This document shows positions 37,518-48,159 of a stretch of DNA of 64,000 nt, in pieces. The stretch is taken from positions 563 to 64,562 of the forward strand of contig CAZPIN010000125.1 in the NCBI GenBank assembly GCA_964586735.1, read 5' to 3'. Position numbers and translations under genes: made by a program. Every line of letters starts with the position of its first letter. The stretch's first letter is position 1. This DNA comes from an uncultured Rhodobacterales bacterium (GTDB lineage: Bacteria > Pseudomonadota > Alphaproteobacteria > Rhodobacterales > CAZPXZ01). The notes beneath the pieces are model-generated. The model was not told the DNA's origin. It worked only from the letters and a program-made list of their open reading frames with translations, and searched no databases.

Positions 37518-38624
37518 ATGGCAAAGAAAATCAAGATCAGGAAATACAGGCCACCGAGGCTTTCCGCGTCGCACTACACCAGGTATGCGTTTGAGCAGCT
37601 GATCACTGGGTATTCGGACGAGCCTGCAGAGCGCTCGTCCCTCGTCCGTACCGCTACCCGTCTTCTTATCGAGGAAGCCTTGGAGGAGGAGGCCAAGGAT
37701 GTCATGGGCCGCGGCTATTACCAGCATGGAGGCGCGAATGGAGGGGGATACCGCAACGGCACCCGCATATGCCGCCTCAAGTCCGCCAGCAGCGTCATCG
37801 AATACGGTGCGCCGCAGATTACCGGCAGAGAGGGGGGATTCAGCTCCGGAATCCGGAGGCATCTCAAGAAGCGCGGTGAAGTGGCCGAGAGTCTGGCGAT
37901 GCACATTCTGGCCCGCGGCTGCACCGCCCGCGAAGTCAACTGCTCCTTCACCGGCGAGGACGGAAAGCCGCTTCTTTCGCGAGCCGCGGTGAAGCGGCTA
38001 GCCGAGCGGCTGCAGGAGGACTACAGCAACTTTTCCACCCGCGAACTGTACCGGTACAAGGTTGCCTATCTTGTCTTCTGCCCTGTCATCGAACGGCGAC
38101 ATCCGGGCAAAAAGAAGGAACGAGTCATGGCAGCTTGGGGGAGTATCGAAACGGAAAGATGGCGATACGTCGAAAAGGGAAAGAAAGTTCTGCTTGGGCT
38201 CATGGCCAGCGCAAAGGAGGACGAGGAGACCGTAACCGGCTTCTTCCAGGACATGCGTTCCCGCGGTCTCGCTGACCCTGTGATGGTGCTTGCCGACGGC
38301 GCGCCAGGAATTACCAAGGCGATCGAGGCATGCTTTCCAGACGCGGTGCGGCAGCGCAGACTGGTTAATAGGTATCGCGCTCTGGAATCCAAAGTGCCGA
38401 AGAGCGTTTGGCCAGAGTTCGAAACGCGGGTGAAGGCCGCCTATCAGGCTCCCGGCAGGTTCCTGTCCCGCGACCTGGCCAAAGAGGTGGAGAGGGACTT
38501 CGAGGGGAAGCATCCAGAAGCGGTAGCCTGCTTTCTGGACGATTTCGACGCGTGCAATGCGTATCTTCGCATGCCGGTCGACCATCGCCAAGAGATTGAA
38601 AACGTCAACCTGTTCGCGTGGTAG
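37518..38624 (+). mobile_element. IS256/Mutator-family transposase-like gene, degenerate (probably inactive)
   Basis: 'VMVLADGAPGITKAIEACFPDAVRQRRLVNRYRALESKVPKS' parallels IS256 'SDgh.Gl..ai...fp.a.wQRC.vH..RN'. Conserved residues are replaced: the first Asp region is 'YLVFCPV', and C->R, H->N. The ORF stops at 'IENVNLFAW', where 'irTTN.iE' continues in intact members. I found no inverted repeats. Confidence 0.65.
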
Positions 38625-38858
38625 CCGCATCTCGAGCGGCGGGCAGGCAGATGGCGGGAGCGCCTATGCGATTCTCGTCGATGCCATCAAGACGCGCCGC
38701 AGCCGCCAGCCCTGCAGCGGCCGCGCCGGTGAGAGAGGGGCTCAGCGCTGAAAATTTCCAATGTCGGCGGAGCCAGATAGGCAGCGCCTCCGGCGCCGCC
38801 GTGTGTCGCAGCGGCAGGGAAGCGGGCAGCGCTCCGATGCGCGGCTGGTAACCCGCCG

Positions 38859-40157
38859 CTACCGCTTTTTCTGCGGCACGTAGTCGCGCGGCCCTTCGCC
38901 GATGTAGAGCTGCCGCGGTCGCCCGATCTTGCTTTCATCGTCCTCGCGCATCTCTTTCCACTGGGCGATCCAGCCCACCGTTCGGCTAAGCGCGAAAATC
39001 GCGGTGAACATGGACGTTGGGAAGCCCAGCGCCTCGAGGATGATGCCGGAGTAGAAGTCGACGTTCGGGTAGAGCTTGCGGTTCACAAAGTACTCGTCAT
39101 CAAGGGCGATGCGCTCCAGTTCGCGGGCGATTTTGAGCAGGGGATTGTGCTCGTAGCCCAGTTTTTCCAGCACCTCTTCAGCGGACTTCTGCAGTATCTT
39201 CGCCCTTGGGTCGTAGTTCTTGTAGACCCGGTGGCCAAAGCCCGACAGGCGGAAATCGTCGCTATTGTCCTTGGCCCTGGCGACGTACTCCGCGACCCTG
39301 TCGGGGCTGCCGATTTCCTTGAGCATGTTGAGGCAGGCTTCGTTGGCGCCGCCATGGGCAGGCCCCCACAGCGAGGCGACGCCGGCGGCGACGCAGGCGA
39401 AGGGATTGGCGTCGGACGATCCCGCCAGCCGTACCGTGGAGGTGGAGGCGTTCTGCTCGTGATCGGCATGCAGCAGAAAGATCAGGTCCATGACCTTCGC
39501 CAGAATCGGGTCGGGCTCGTATTCCTCGCATGGCACGGCGAAGCACATGTGCAGGAAGTTGGAGGCGTAGTCGAGCGAATTGCGGGGGTAGATGAAGGGC
39601 TGCCCCAGAGCGTATTTGAAGGCCCAGGCGGCGATGGTGGGCATTTTCGAGATCATGCGAATCGAGGCGATCTCGCGCTGCTCGGGATCGTTGATGTCAA
39701 GAGAGTCGTGATAGAACGCCGACATGGCTCCTACCACGCCGCAGGTGATAGCCATGGGGTGGGCGTCGCGGCGGAAGCCGCGGTAGAAATACTGCATCTG
39801 CTCGTGCAGCATCGTGTGCATGGTTACGCGGTGGACGAATTCCTCCTCCTCCTCCGCCGTGGGCAGGTGGCCGTAAAGCAGCAGAAAGCACACTTCGAGG
39901 AAGTTGGAGTGCTCGGCGAGCTGCTCGATGGGAAAGCCCCGGTACAGCAGCTGGCCGTTGTCGCCGTCCACATAGGTGATGGCCGAGCGGCAGCTGGCCG
40001 TAGAGATGTAGCCTGGGTCGAAGGTGAAGCACCCGGTTTCTTTGTACAGCGGGCGGATGTCGATCACGTCGGAGCCGCAGCTGGCGTGCAGCACGGGGAG
40101 CTCGATGTCGCGGCCCTCGTAGGTGATGCGCGCCGTCTTGGTTTCGCCGTTTTCCAT
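38859..40157 (-). CDS. gltA: Citrate synthase (type II)
   Basis: '[14 protein letters not shown]' and '[12 protein letters not shown]'. Confidence 0.97.
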   Translation of the reverse strand: MENGETKTARITYEGRDIELPVLHASCGSDVIDIRPLYKETGCFTFDPGYISTASCRSAITYVDGDNGQLLYRGFPIEQLAEHSNFLEVCFLLLYGHLPTAEEEEEFVHRVTMHTMLHEQMQYFYRGFRRDAHPMAITCGVVGAMSAFYHDSLDINDPEQREIASIRMISKMPTIAAWAFKYALGQPFIYPRNSLDYASNFLHMCFAVPCEEYEPDPILAKVMDLIFLLHADHEQNASTSTVRLAGSSDANPFACVAAGVASLWGPAHGGANEACLNMLKEIGSPDRVAEYVARAKDNSDDFRLSGFGHRVYKNYDPRAKILQKSAEEVLEKLGYEHNPLLKIARELERIALDDEYFVNRKLYPNVDFYSGIILEALGFPTSMFTAIFALSRTVGWIAQWKEMREDDESKIGRPRQLYIGEGPRDYVPQKKR

Positions 40158-40175
40158 AAGGTCCTCTCGCCTGGT

Positions 40176-41579
40176 TCAGGGCCGCTCCACGCTGGAGACG
40201 CGCGCCAGAGTTTCCGCGCGGCCCAGCAGCGCCATCACGCTGAATATCCCGGGAGACACCGTCCGTCCGGTTAGCGCGGCTCGCAGCGGCTGCGCGACCT
40301 TGCCGAGTTTGGTCTCCCGGCTGTCCGCGAATTCGCGGAGGAGTCCCTCCAGCTCGCCGCTTTCCCACACCCTAGCGGCCGTCAGGACGGGGGTCAAATC
40401 GCGCAGCGTCTGCCGTCCCCCGTCATCGAGCGCCCGCCGCGCCTTGTCGTCGAGCTCCGGCCGGCTGTCGGAGAGGAAAAACTCCGAATACTCCCATAGC
40501 TCGTCGAAGGTTCTCACGCGGGGCATCAGCTCCGGCAGAAACTGCAGCAGCGCTTCGCGGCGGTCGTCGTTCAGGGTTTCGCCTCGTTCCTCGGCTAGAT
40601 GACGGGCGAAGGCTTTCACCGCTTCGCCGTGCTCCATGGCGCGCAGGTGCTGGGCGTTGAGATTGAGGAGCTTCTGGGGATCGAAGCGGGCCGCCGAGCG
40701 CCCGACCGCCTCCAGCGAGAACCACTCCGCCGCCTGCTCGGTCGAGAAAAACTCCTCGTCGCCATGCGACCATCCGAGGCGGGCCAGATAGTTGCGCATC
40801 GCCGCCGGCAGGTAGCCCTCCCGCCGGTAGGGTTCCAGGCCAACGGCGCCGTGGCGCTTCGAGAGCTTCTTGCCGTCCGTGCCGTGGATGAGGGGAATAT
40901 GGGCGAATACCGGGCGGGACCAGCCCAGAGCGTCGTACACCAGGCACTGACGGGCGGCGTTGGTCAGGTGGTCGGCGCCGCGTATGACGTGGCTGATCTC
41001 CATATCATGGTCGTCCACCACAACCGCCAGCATGTAGGTGGGGGTGCCGTCCGAGCGCAGCAGCACAAGGTCGTCGAGCTCGGCGTTGCTCCACGACACG
41101 CCGCCCTGCACCGCGTCTTCGATGGCCGTCTTGCCCTCCCGCGGCGCCCGGAGGCGTACGGCAAACGGGCCGCCATTGGCAGGTGGGGGCTGATCCCTCC
41201 ACGGGCTGCGGAAACGGAAAGGCTCGCGGGCGGACTGGGCTTTTTCCCGCGCCTGCTGGATTTCCTCCGGGGTGGCGTAGCAGCGGTAGGCGTTGCCGGA
41301 TTCCAGAAGCGCCTCCGCCGCCTCGCGATGGCGGCCAGCCCGCTCCCGCTGCGAGACCGCGTCTCCGTCCCAGTCCAGGCCCAGCCAGGCGAGTCCCTCG
41401 GTGATGGCGCGCTTGGCGTCCTCGGTGGAGCGCTCGGCGTCGGTGTCCTCGATGCGCAGCCTGAACGCGCCGCCGTGGTGGCGGGAGAACAGCCAGTTGA
41501 ACAGCGCCGTGCGGGCGCCGCCCAGATGGAGGTAGCCCGTGGGGGAGGGGGCGAAGCGGGTGATGACGGAATCGGCCAT
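40176..41579 (-). CDS. gltX: Glutamate--tRNA ligase
   Basis: 'RFAPSPTGYLHLGGARTALFNW' (HIGH) and 'KLSKRHG' (KMSKS). The ATG at 41579 is the likely start. The track ORF is over-extended to 42332. Confidence 0.95.
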   Translation of the reverse strand: MADSVITRFAPSPTGYLHLGGARTALFNWLFSRHHGGAFRLRIEDTDAERSTEDAKRAITEGLAWLGLDWDGDAVSQRERAGRHREAAEALLESGNAYRCYATPEEIQQAREKAQSAREPFRFRSPWRDQPPPANGGPFAVRLRAPREGKTAIEDAVQGGVSWSNAELDDLVLLRSDGTPTYMLAVVVDDHDMEISHVIRGADHLTNAARQCLVYDALGWSRPVFAHIPLIHGTDGKKLSKRHGAVGLEPYRREGYLPAAMRNYLARLGWSHGDEEFFSTEQAAEWFSLEAVGRSAARFDPQKLLNLNAQHLRAMEHGEAVKAFARHLAEERGETLNDDRREALLQFLPELMPRVRTFDELWEYSEFFLSDSRPELDDKARRALDDGGRQTLRDLTPVLTAARVWESGELEGLLREFADSRETKLGKVAQPLRAALTGRTVSPGIFSVMALLGRAETLARVSSVERP

Positions 41580-41581
41580 GG

Positions 41582-42769
41582 TCAGCGCAGCTCGATGTAC
41601 TCGATGGGATCTCCCACCGCGAGGGCGGGGGAGTTGATTGGCTGGATGGCGAGGGCGTCGGCGCGGGCAAGGTTGCGCAGGATCGAGCTGTCCTGTTCGC
41701 CAAACGGGTCGCAGCGCAGCCGCCCGTCCTGGGCCGTCAGGCGCGCCCGCATGTAGTGCTCCCGCTTGCCGTTGGCGGGGACCGTCCGTCCCAATGGCGC
41801 CGCATGCCGTTTGGCGGGACCGGCGGGCAGTCCCAGGGCGGCGTCCAGCGCGGGTAGCAGGAAGACGTGGGCGCAGACCAGCGCCGAGACCGGATTGCCG
41901 GGCAGTCCGATGAACACCGCGCCGCCGAGCCGGCCGGCGAGAGTGGGCTTGCCGGGGCGCATGGCGACTCTCTGGAACGCCAGCTGCAGATCCTCCCGCG
42001 CCAGCACTTGGCCGACGATGTCGTGATTGCCAACCGAGGCGCCGCCAAGGGTGACGAGGAACTCGGCCTCCTGCTCCAGCAGCCGTCCGCGGATGGCGTC
42101 GATGTCGTCGCCGGCCGGCGGCAGCAGCTCGACCTGCGCGCCGCGGCTTTCGAGCAGGGCGGCCAGTCCGTAGCCGGTGGAAGCGACGACCTGCGCGGGC
42201 CCGGGGTCCTGGCCGGGCAGCACCAGCTCGTCGCCGGTCGCCAGAATGGCTACCCGCGGCCTGGAGGCGACGGGCAGGTCGGGGTGGTTCATGGCGGCCG
42301 CCAGGGCCAGGTCCTCCGGCGTCAGCCGGCATGGCCCCCGAAGCAGCGTCTCGCCGCTGCGGAAGTCGAGGCCCTCGGGCCGCACGTAGCCGCCGGAGGT
42401 CACCGGCTCGCGCAGCCGTACGCGGTCGCCTGCCATTTCGACGGTTTCCTGCGGGGCCACCGCGTCGGCGCCTTCGGGCAGCATCGATCCGGTAAACAGC
42501 CGAAGCGCCTCGCCCCGGTCCAGTCCCGATTCAGGCTTCTGTCCGGCGGGGCACCGGCCGGTTATCCGCAGCCAGCCGCCGGCGGAGGCGTTTTCCGCCC
42601 GCACGGCGTAGCCGTCCATCGATGACACCGCCGCGGCGGGATGCGAGACCCGCGCCACCAGGTCCCGGCGCAGCACCCGCCCGGCGCACTGGCGCAGCGG
42701 CGCATGCTCGACCGCCGTCGGCTCGACCATCTCCAGGATGGACTGAAGGGCGCTGCTGACGCTGCGCAT
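41582..42769 (-). CDS. moeA: Molybdopterin molybdenumtransferase MoeA
   Basis: 'VSSMDGYAVRA', 'TGDELV', 'LVTLGGASVGNHD', 'VAMRPGKP'. Confidence 0.9.
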   Translation of the reverse strand: MRSVSSALQSILEMVEPTAVEHAPLRQCAGRVLRRDLVARVSHPAAAVSSMDGYAVRAENASAGGWLRITGRCPAGQKPESGLDRGEALRLFTGSMLPEGADAVAPQETVEMAGDRVRLREPVTSGGYVRPEGLDFRSGETLLRGPCRLTPEDLALAAAMNHPDLPVASRPRVAILATGDELVLPGQDPGPAQVVASTGYGLAALLESRGAQVELLPPAGDDIDAIRGRLLEQEAEFLVTLGGASVGNHDIVGQVLAREDLQLAFQRVAMRPGKPTLAGRLGGAVFIGLPGNPVSALVCAHVFLLPALDAALGLPAGPAKRHAAPLGRTVPANGKREHYMRARLTAQDGRLRCDPFGEQDSSILRNLARADALAIQPINSPALAVGDPIEYIELR

Positions 42770-42775
42770 CCGCGG

Positions 42776-43258
42776 TCAGTCCGCTTCCCAGTCGCCGGAG
42801 CGGCCGCCCGACTTCCGCATGAGCCGCACCTCTTCGATGCGCATGCCCCGGTCCACCGCCTTGCACATGTCGTAGACGGTCAGGGCTGCCACCGCCGCCG
42901 CCGACAGTGCCTCCATCTCTACGCCGGTGCGTCCGGTCACCGCCGCGGTGGCCTCGATGCGCACCGCGCTTGCCTCGGCGTCGGCGGTCAGACTGACCTC
43001 CACCGAATCGATGGGCAGGGGATGGCAGAGGGGAATGAGGTCGCTGGTGCGCTTGGCCGCCTGGATGCCGGCGATTCGCGCCACGGCGAAGACGTCGCCC
43101 TTGTGGTGGCCGCCGGCGACGATTCGCTCCAGCGTCTGCGGCTCCATGCGCACCGTGGCGCAGGCGGTGGCCTGGCGCCGGGTGGTGTCCTTGTCCGACA
43201 CGTCCACCATCCGCGCCGCGCCGTCGGCGTCGACATGGGTAAGGCCCTTGCCGTCCAT
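42776..43258 (-). CDS. moaC: Cyclic pyranopterin monophosphate synthase MoaC
   Basis: '[18 protein letters not shown]', '[29 protein letters not shown]'. Confidence 0.95.
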   Translation of the reverse strand: MDGKGLTHVDADGAARMVDVSDKDTTRRQATACATVRMEPQTLERIVAGGHHKGDVFAVARIAGIQAAKRTSDLIPLCHPLPIDSVEVSLTADAEASAVRIEATAAVTGRTGVEMEALSAAAVAALTVYDMCKAVDRGMRIEEVRLMRKSGGRSGDWEAD

Positions 43259-43261
43259 GCC

Positions 43262-44050
43262 TCAGCCCTCCAGCAGGGCGCGGGTTGCCGCGGCGAGGTC
43301 GTCCTGCCGCATCAGGCTCTCTCCCACCAGAAAGCAGCGTACGCCGCAGGCCGCCAGACGGTGGAGGTCCGCCGGGGCGACGATGCCGGACTCCGAGACG
43401 ACCAGCGTCTCTTCGTCCAGCAGGGGGCGCAGGCGCTCAGTAACCGCCAGGTCGGTCTCGAAGGTGGCGAGGTCGCGGTTGTTGACGCCCACCATGTCCG
43501 GCGCGAGCGCCACCGCCCGCTCGGCCTCCTCGGACGTGTGCGCTTCGGCGAGCACGTCGAGATTCCAGCGCCGTGCCGCTTCGGCCAGCTCCTCCGCCTG
43601 GCCGTCTCCCAGCGCTGCCATGATGAGCAGCACGCAGTCGGCGCCCATGGCCCGAGACTCGGCGATCTGCCAGGGGTCGATCATGAAGTCCTTGCGCAGC
43701 GCCGGCAGGCCGCAGGCGGCGCGGGCCGCCTCAAGGTCATCGGGGCCGCCGCGGAAATGGGCGCGTTCGGTCAGCACCGACAGGCAGGCGGCGCCTCCCG
43801 CCTCGTAGGCAAGGGCCGCGGCGGCCGGGTCAAGGTCGCGCCGGATCCATCCTTTGGAGGGACTGGCTCGCTTGATCTCGCCGATCAGTCCGTAGCCGCG
43901 CTCGGCGTCCGACCGCAGCTTCCTTGCAAAGCCTCTTGGCGGCTCGGCGCGTTCGGAGATGCGCGCTTCCAAATCGGCCAGCGGCTCCTGGTTCTGCCGT
44001 TTCCGGACGTCCTGACGGACGTCATCGACGATGTCCGCCAGCCTGCTCAT
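43262..44050 (-). CDS. trpC: Indole-3-glycerol phosphate synthase
   Basis: '[12 protein letters not shown]', 'LSVLTE', '[12 protein letters not shown]', 'GVNNRDL'. Confidence 0.95.
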   Translation of the reverse strand: MSRLADIVDDVRQDVRKRQNQEPLADLEARISERAEPPRGFARKLRSDAERGYGLIGEIKRASPSKGWIRRDLDPAAAALAYEAGGAACLSVLTERAHFRGGPDDLEAARAACGLPALRKDFMIDPWQIAESRAMGADCVLLIMAALGDGQAEELAEAARRWNLDVLAEAHTSEEAERAVALAPDMVGVNNRDLATFETDLAVTERLRPLLDEETLVVSESGIVAPADLHRLAACGVRCFLVGESLMRQDDLAAATRALLEG

Positions 44051-45060
44051 GGTCCGGCGATTCCCCGCAGCGTCTCCAGCGCCTTCCGTGCGCTGCCGCT
44101 GTCGATGCTTTCAGCCGCCATGGCCGCTCCCTCGTCCAGCGCCTCGGTCCGGCCCGCCACCACCAAAGCCGCCGCCGCGTTAAGTATCGCCGCATCGCGG
44201 AAGCCTGAAGCCTCCCCGTCAAGCAGGGCGCGGATGCGGGCCGCGTTTTCGGCGGGGGTGCCGCCAGCCACGGCCGAGACCGGGTGTTCCGGCAGGCCGG
44301 CGTCCTCGGGGCGGATGGCGCCTTCGGTTACCGCTCCATCAGCAAGGCGGGCGACCCTCGTCGTACCCGATATGGAGATCTCGTCGCTGCCGTCCTCGCC
44401 ATGCACCACCCATGCCGCCTCGGATCCCAGCTCGCCAAGGGCCTCGGCCAGCGGGCGGCACAGGCTAGGGTCGTAGACGCCGGTCAGCTGGCGGGGGACG
44501 CCGGCCGGGTTGGTCAGCGGGCCCAGCGCGTTGAAGATGGTGCGCGTGCCCAGCTCCTGGCGGGTAGGGCCGACATGGCGCATCGCAGAGTGGTAGACGG
44601 GCGCCATCATGAAGCCGATGCCCGCCTCGCGCAGCTCCCGCTCGACGGCGTCGGGCTCGGCCGCGATGTCGACGCCAAGTTCGCCCAGCGTGTCGGCGGC
44701 CCCCGCCTTCGACGACAGCGCCCGGTTTCCGTGCTTGGCGACGGGTACGCCGCATCCAGCCACGATCAGGGCGGCGGTGGTGGAGATGTTGAGGGTGCCC
44801 TTGCCGTCGCCGCCGGTGCCGACGATATCCATGGCGCCCTCCGGCGCCTGCACCGGGCGGCAGCGCGCCCGCATCGCCCGCGCCGCGGCGGCGATCTCGG
44901 TTACGGTTTCGCCCCGCGTCCGCAGGGCCATGAGAAATCCGCCGATCTGCCCCGATGTGGCCTCGCCGGACATGATGATCTCGAAGGCTCGGGCCGCGTC
45001 CCCGGCGGAGAGCGGTCCCTGCGCGGCGAGACCGATGAGGGGCTTGAAGGCGTCGGACAT
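44047..45060 (-). CDS. trpD: Anthranilate phosphoribosyltransferase
   Basis: 'DIVGTGGDG', '[19 protein letters not shown]'. Confidence 0.95.
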   Translation of the reverse strand: MSDAFKPLIGLAAQGPLSAGDAARAFEIIMSGEATSGQIGGFLMALRTRGETVTEIAAAARAMRARCRPVQAPEGAMDIVGTGGDGKGTLNISTTAALIVAGCGVPVAKHGNRALSSKAGAADTLGELGVDIAAEPDAVERELREAGIGFMMAPVYHSAMRHVGPTRQELGTRTIFNALGPLTNPAGVPRQLTGVYDPSLCRPLAEALGELGSEAAWVVHGEDGSDEISISGTTRVARLADGAVTEGAIRPEDAGLPEHPVSAVAGGTPAENAARIRALLDGEASGFRDAAILNAAAALVVAGRTEALDEGAAMAAESIDSGSARKALETLRGIAGP

Positions 45061-45629
45061 CAGCGCAGTCCCGTCAGGGCGAGGAAGTTGGCGAGCAGGT
45101 CGTGGCCGCCCTCCGTGGCGATCGACTCGGGATGGAACTGGATGCCGTGGAGCGGGCGGTCGCGGTGGGCGATCGCCATCACGGTTCCGGCGCCGGTTGT
45201 GGCAGTTACGTCGATCATATCGGGCAGGGTCTCAGGCTTGACGACAAGCGAATGGTAGCGCGTTGCCCGAAAAGGGCTTGGCAGTCCGGCGAACAGTCCT
45301 TCTCCCTCGTGGCGGATGTCGCTGATCTTGCCGTGGACGATCTCGTCGCCGACGTCCACCGTTGCGCCATGGGCCGCGGCGATGGCCTGGTGGCCAAGGC
45401 AGACGCCCAGCAGCGGTACGTCCGAGCGGTGCGCAAGATCCATGGAGATGCCCGCGGTTTCGGGCCGTCCCGGTCCCGGCGAGATGATGATGGCCGCCGG
45501 GCGCAGCGCCAGGGCCTCGTCGGCGGTGAGCGAGTCGTTGCGGCGCACGTCGCACTCGGCGCCGAGCTCGCCCAGATAGTGGGCGAGGTTGAAGGTGAAA
45601 CTGTCGTAGTTGTCGATCAGCAGAATCAT
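45060..45629 (-). CDS. trpG: Anthranilate synthase component II (glutamine amidotransferase)
   Basis: '[15 protein letters not shown]', '[10 protein letters not shown]', 'GIQFHPES'. Confidence 0.95.
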   Translation of the reverse strand: MILLIDNYDSFTFNLAHYLGELGAECDVRRNDSLTADEALALRPAAIIISPGPGRPETAGISMDLAHRSDVPLLGVCLGHQAIAAAHGATVDVGDEIVHGKISDIRHEGEGLFAGLPSPFRATRYHSLVVKPETLPDMIDVTATTGAGTVMAIAHRDRPLHGIQFHPESIATEGGHDLLANFLALTGLR

Positions 45630-45652
45630 CGGTCGGATTCCTTGCCGCTTTC

Positions 45653-47206
45653 CTAACGGTCGGGGGCTGCGGCCGCCAGCTGCGCCGCCCGCCGCAGCGC
45701 CAGGCCGAGCTCTGTCAATGGTTGCGGCTGGGCTTCGGCCGCCAGCTGCGCCGCCCGCCGCAGCGCCCAGGACTTCTGGATGGTCTCCTGAAGTTCAAAC
45801 TCGGGATCCGAATCGTGTACCACGCCGCCGCCGGCCTGGATGTGCATGCGACCGTCCTTGAACACGGCGGTGCGCAGGGCGATGCAGGTGTCCATGTCGC
45901 CCGAAGAGGAAAAGTAGCCCAGCGCGCCGGCGTAGACGCCCCGCTTGAGCGACTCGAGCTCGTCGATGATCTCCATTGCCCGGATCTTGGGAGCGCCGGA
46001 CACGGTGCCGGCGGGCAGGGCGGCCAGCAGCGCGTCGAGGGCGGTGAGGTCGTCGCGCAGGTTGCCCTCTACGTTGGAGACGATGTGCATGACATGGCTG
46101 TAGCGTTCGACCGTAAACTCCTCGGTGGGGCGCACCGTGCCCACCTTGGCGACCCGTCCGACGTCGTTGCGCCCCAGATCGAGCAGCATCAGATGCTCGG
46201 CGCGCTCTTTGGGGTCGGCCAGCAGCTCCTCTTCCAGCTGCCGGTCCTCCTCGGCGGTTGCGCCGCGGGGGCGGGTGCCGGCGATGGGCCGCAGCGTGAT
46301 CCTGCGGTCGCGGCAGCGCACCAGAATCTCCGGGCTGGCGCCGGCCACCTGAAAGCCGCCAAACTCGAAGTAGAACATGTACGGCGAGGGGTTGGTGCGG
46401 CGCAGCGCCCGGTACAGGTCGAAGGGCGAATGGGGGAAGTCGATGCTCCACCGCTGGCTTGGCACCACCTGGAAGATGTCGCCGGCGCGGATGTACTCCT
46501 TGGCGCGCAGCACAGTCTCGCGGAACGTCTCCGGCGCCGTCTGCGCCTCGAACTCCAGCTGCTGGCCATCGCCGTCGCGGGCGCGGGGCAGGGCAAGAGG
46601 GGACTCGAGCTTCCCTAGCGCGCTCTCCAGCCTGCCATGCGCCTCCTGCCAGGCGGATTCGGCGTCCACCTCGGGATCGTGCCAGGCCGGCGCGCACAGC
46701 ATGGTCTCGTCGCGGACGCTGTCGATGATGGCCAGCAGGCCGGGGCGAAGCAGCAGCGCGTCGGGCAGGCCAAGGGGATCCTCGTTGGGCGGCGGCAGCC
46801 GCTCGATCAGGCGCGCCATGTCGTAGCCGAGATAGCCGAACAGTCCCGCCGCCATCGGCGGAGCGCCCTCGGGCAGGTCCATGGCGCACGAGTCCAGCAG
46901 CGCACGGAGGTTTTCCAGCGGAGGAGCCGATTCTGGCCTGAAGTCGCCATCCGCCACGGCCGTCTCCGCCTGTCCGCCGCGGCAGCGCCAGACGAGATCG
47001 GGGGCGACGCCAACCACCGAGTAGCGTCCGCGGGTTTCGCCGCCGGTGACCGATTCGAGGAGGAACGCGCTGTCCTCGCCGCGGGCGAGCCGCAGGTACA
47101 GCGAAACCGGCGTGTCGAGGTCCGAGCTCACGTCCAGCCGCAGCAGCTGGCTGCGGCCTTCCCGCCAGCCGCGGGCGAAGGTCTCGGCATCAGGTGTAAC
47201 GCGCAT
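45653..47206 (-). CDS. trpE: Anthranilate synthase component I
   Basis: 'LLESV', 'GAPKIRAMEIIDELE', 'RGVYAGALGYF'. The ATG at 47206 ('MRVTPDAETF') is the likely start. Confidence 0.95.
   Translation of the reverse strand: MRVTPDAETFARGWREGRSQLLRLDVSSDLDTPVSLYLRLARGEDSAFLLESVTGGETRGRYSVVGVAPDLVWRCRGGQAETAVADGDFRPESAPPLENLRALLDSCAMDLPEGAPPMAAGLFGYLGYDMARLIERLPPPNEDPLGLPDALLLRPGLLAIIDSVRDETMLCAPAWHDPEVDAESAWQEAHGRLESALGKLESPLALPRARDGDGQQLEFEAQTAPETFRETVLRAKEYIRAGDIFQVVPSQRWSIDFPHSPFDLYRALRRTNPSPYMFYFEFGGFQVAGASPEILVRCRDRRITLRPIAGTRPRGATAEEDRQLEEELLADPKERAEHLMLLDLGRNDVGRVAKVGTVRPTEEFTVERYSHVMHIVSNVEGNLRDDLTALDALLAALPAGTVSGAPKIRAMEIIDELESLKRGVYAGALGYFSSSGDMDTCIALRTAVFKDGRMHIQAGGGVVHDSDPEFELQETIQKSWALRRAAQLAAEAQPQPLTELGLALRRAAQLAAAAPDR
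45671..45767 (+). repeat. 31-bp perfect direct repeat (two copies, 35-bp spacer) in the 3' end of trpE
   Basis: 'ggccgccagctgcgccgcccgccgcagcgcc' occurs at 45671-45701 and 45737-45767. It encodes a duplicated 'ALRRAAQLAA' in the TrpE C-terminus. Confidence 0.9.
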
Positions 47207-47306
47207 CGTCAAGGAGCGTCGGTTCGGCGGTTGTACGTCCGTCAGATAGAGGATGGGGCGGGCCGCCAGCGGCAAGCGTTACGTGCGTGTACAAGGCACG
47301 GCCTGG

Positions 47307-47687
47307 CTAGCTCGCTACCCGCTTCCGGCGTGGGGACCGGGCGGTAACTTCATTGAGGGCAGGGTCGCTGTCGGTGTCGTCGTCGAACACCGCGTTGATA
47401 CTGCTGGCCGTGAGTATCCGGCACAGCCAGGTGTCAATTTGCTGCTTCGAAGCGGTGCGCACCTGCGCCTGCCTGTCTTCGGGCACGCTCCCATACTTGC
47501 TCGTTGCCAGCATCAGGAAGTTCTCGAACTTGGCCTTGGCCCAGCCCTTATCCCATCCCTCGGACCAGTACTCGCCCCAGTCCTCGGCCACGCCCCTAGC
47601 CATGGTTTGCTTCCAGTCTTCGGCCCGAAGCGCCTCTAACGACGTGTCCATAATCTCCTCATTTGCCTTCGGTGCCGCAACACCCAC
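47307..47687 (-). CDS. DUF4351-like C-terminal-domain ORF (single module)
   Basis: 'EEIMD...WSEGWDKGWAKAKFENFLMLATSKYGSVPEDRQAQVRTASKQQIDTWLCRILTASSINAVF'. It has a GTG start. The N-terminal 'MGVAAP' is shared with 48160..48726. Confidence 0.5.
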   Translation of the reverse strand: MGVAAPKANEEIMDTSLEALRAEDWKQTMARGVAEDWGEYWSEGWDKGWAKAKFENFLMLATSKYGSVPEDRQAQVRTASKQQIDTWLCRILTASSINAVFDDDTDSDPALNEVTARSPRRKRVAS

Positions 47688-47825
47688 CGTTCACCCTCTT
47701 GAGGCAAACGCACGAAACGCCATGCCCGGCGATACGTGCCAACAGAACATACAGTTTTAGTTCTTCGTGTAAAACTTCGGCCTCCTGAACGGATTGGCAA
47801 TGTCCTCGTCATAAGAGGGGGCGGT
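47688..47825 (-). pseudogene. Remnant of the central part of an Rpn-like paralog
   Basis: Bases 47709-47822 align at DNA level with 49081-49194 of paralog C ('...YTKN' followed by an in-frame TAA where paralog C has Gln). Confidence 0.5.
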
Positions 47826-48059
47826 CGCCTGCCCGCCGCGGCGGCGCCAGGCGATTTCGGAGCGGCGCCGGTCACCAAGTAGCATCGGTGCGCTTTGCCT
47901 TCGGTGACCGATTCGAGAAAGAGCGTCATGTCCTCAATGGGGGAGCGCCTCAGGAACAGCGAAACCGGCGTGTCGATGTCCGGTCCTGCATTCAGGCGAA
48001 GCAGCTGGGTGCGACCCTCCTGCCAGCCGCGAAGTCTCGGCACCAGAGGCAACGCGCGT
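47826..48059 (-). pseudogene. Duplicated 5' fragment of trpE (about 75 codons) with its start codon destroyed
   Basis: 'RGWQEGRTQLLRLNAGPDIDTPVSLFLRR...FLESVTEGKAHRCYLVTGAAP' aligns with TrpE 'RGWREGRSQLLRLDVSSDLDTPVSLYLRL...LLESVTGGETRGRYSVVGVAP'. The ATG has become ACG (plus-strand 'cgt' at 48057-48059 versus 'cat' at 47204-47206), and there is a small indel. Confidence 0.75.
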
Positions 48060-48159
48060 CGCCAAGGAAACGTGGTCAGGCAGTCGTTCGTCTGTCTGGC
48101 TTTAGCTGGAACGGACCGCCGACGGCAAGCGCCAAACGGGTGCCCAAGACATGGCCAGT

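Noticed and set aside
47636-48052. A 138-aa minus-strand ORF that looks like a small TrpE-like protein.
   Set aside because: It is a chimera of the trpE 5' pseudo-copy (original ATG mutated to ACG, with an indel) read through into an out-of-frame Rpn-like remnant. I treat it as a pseudogene rather than a functional gene.
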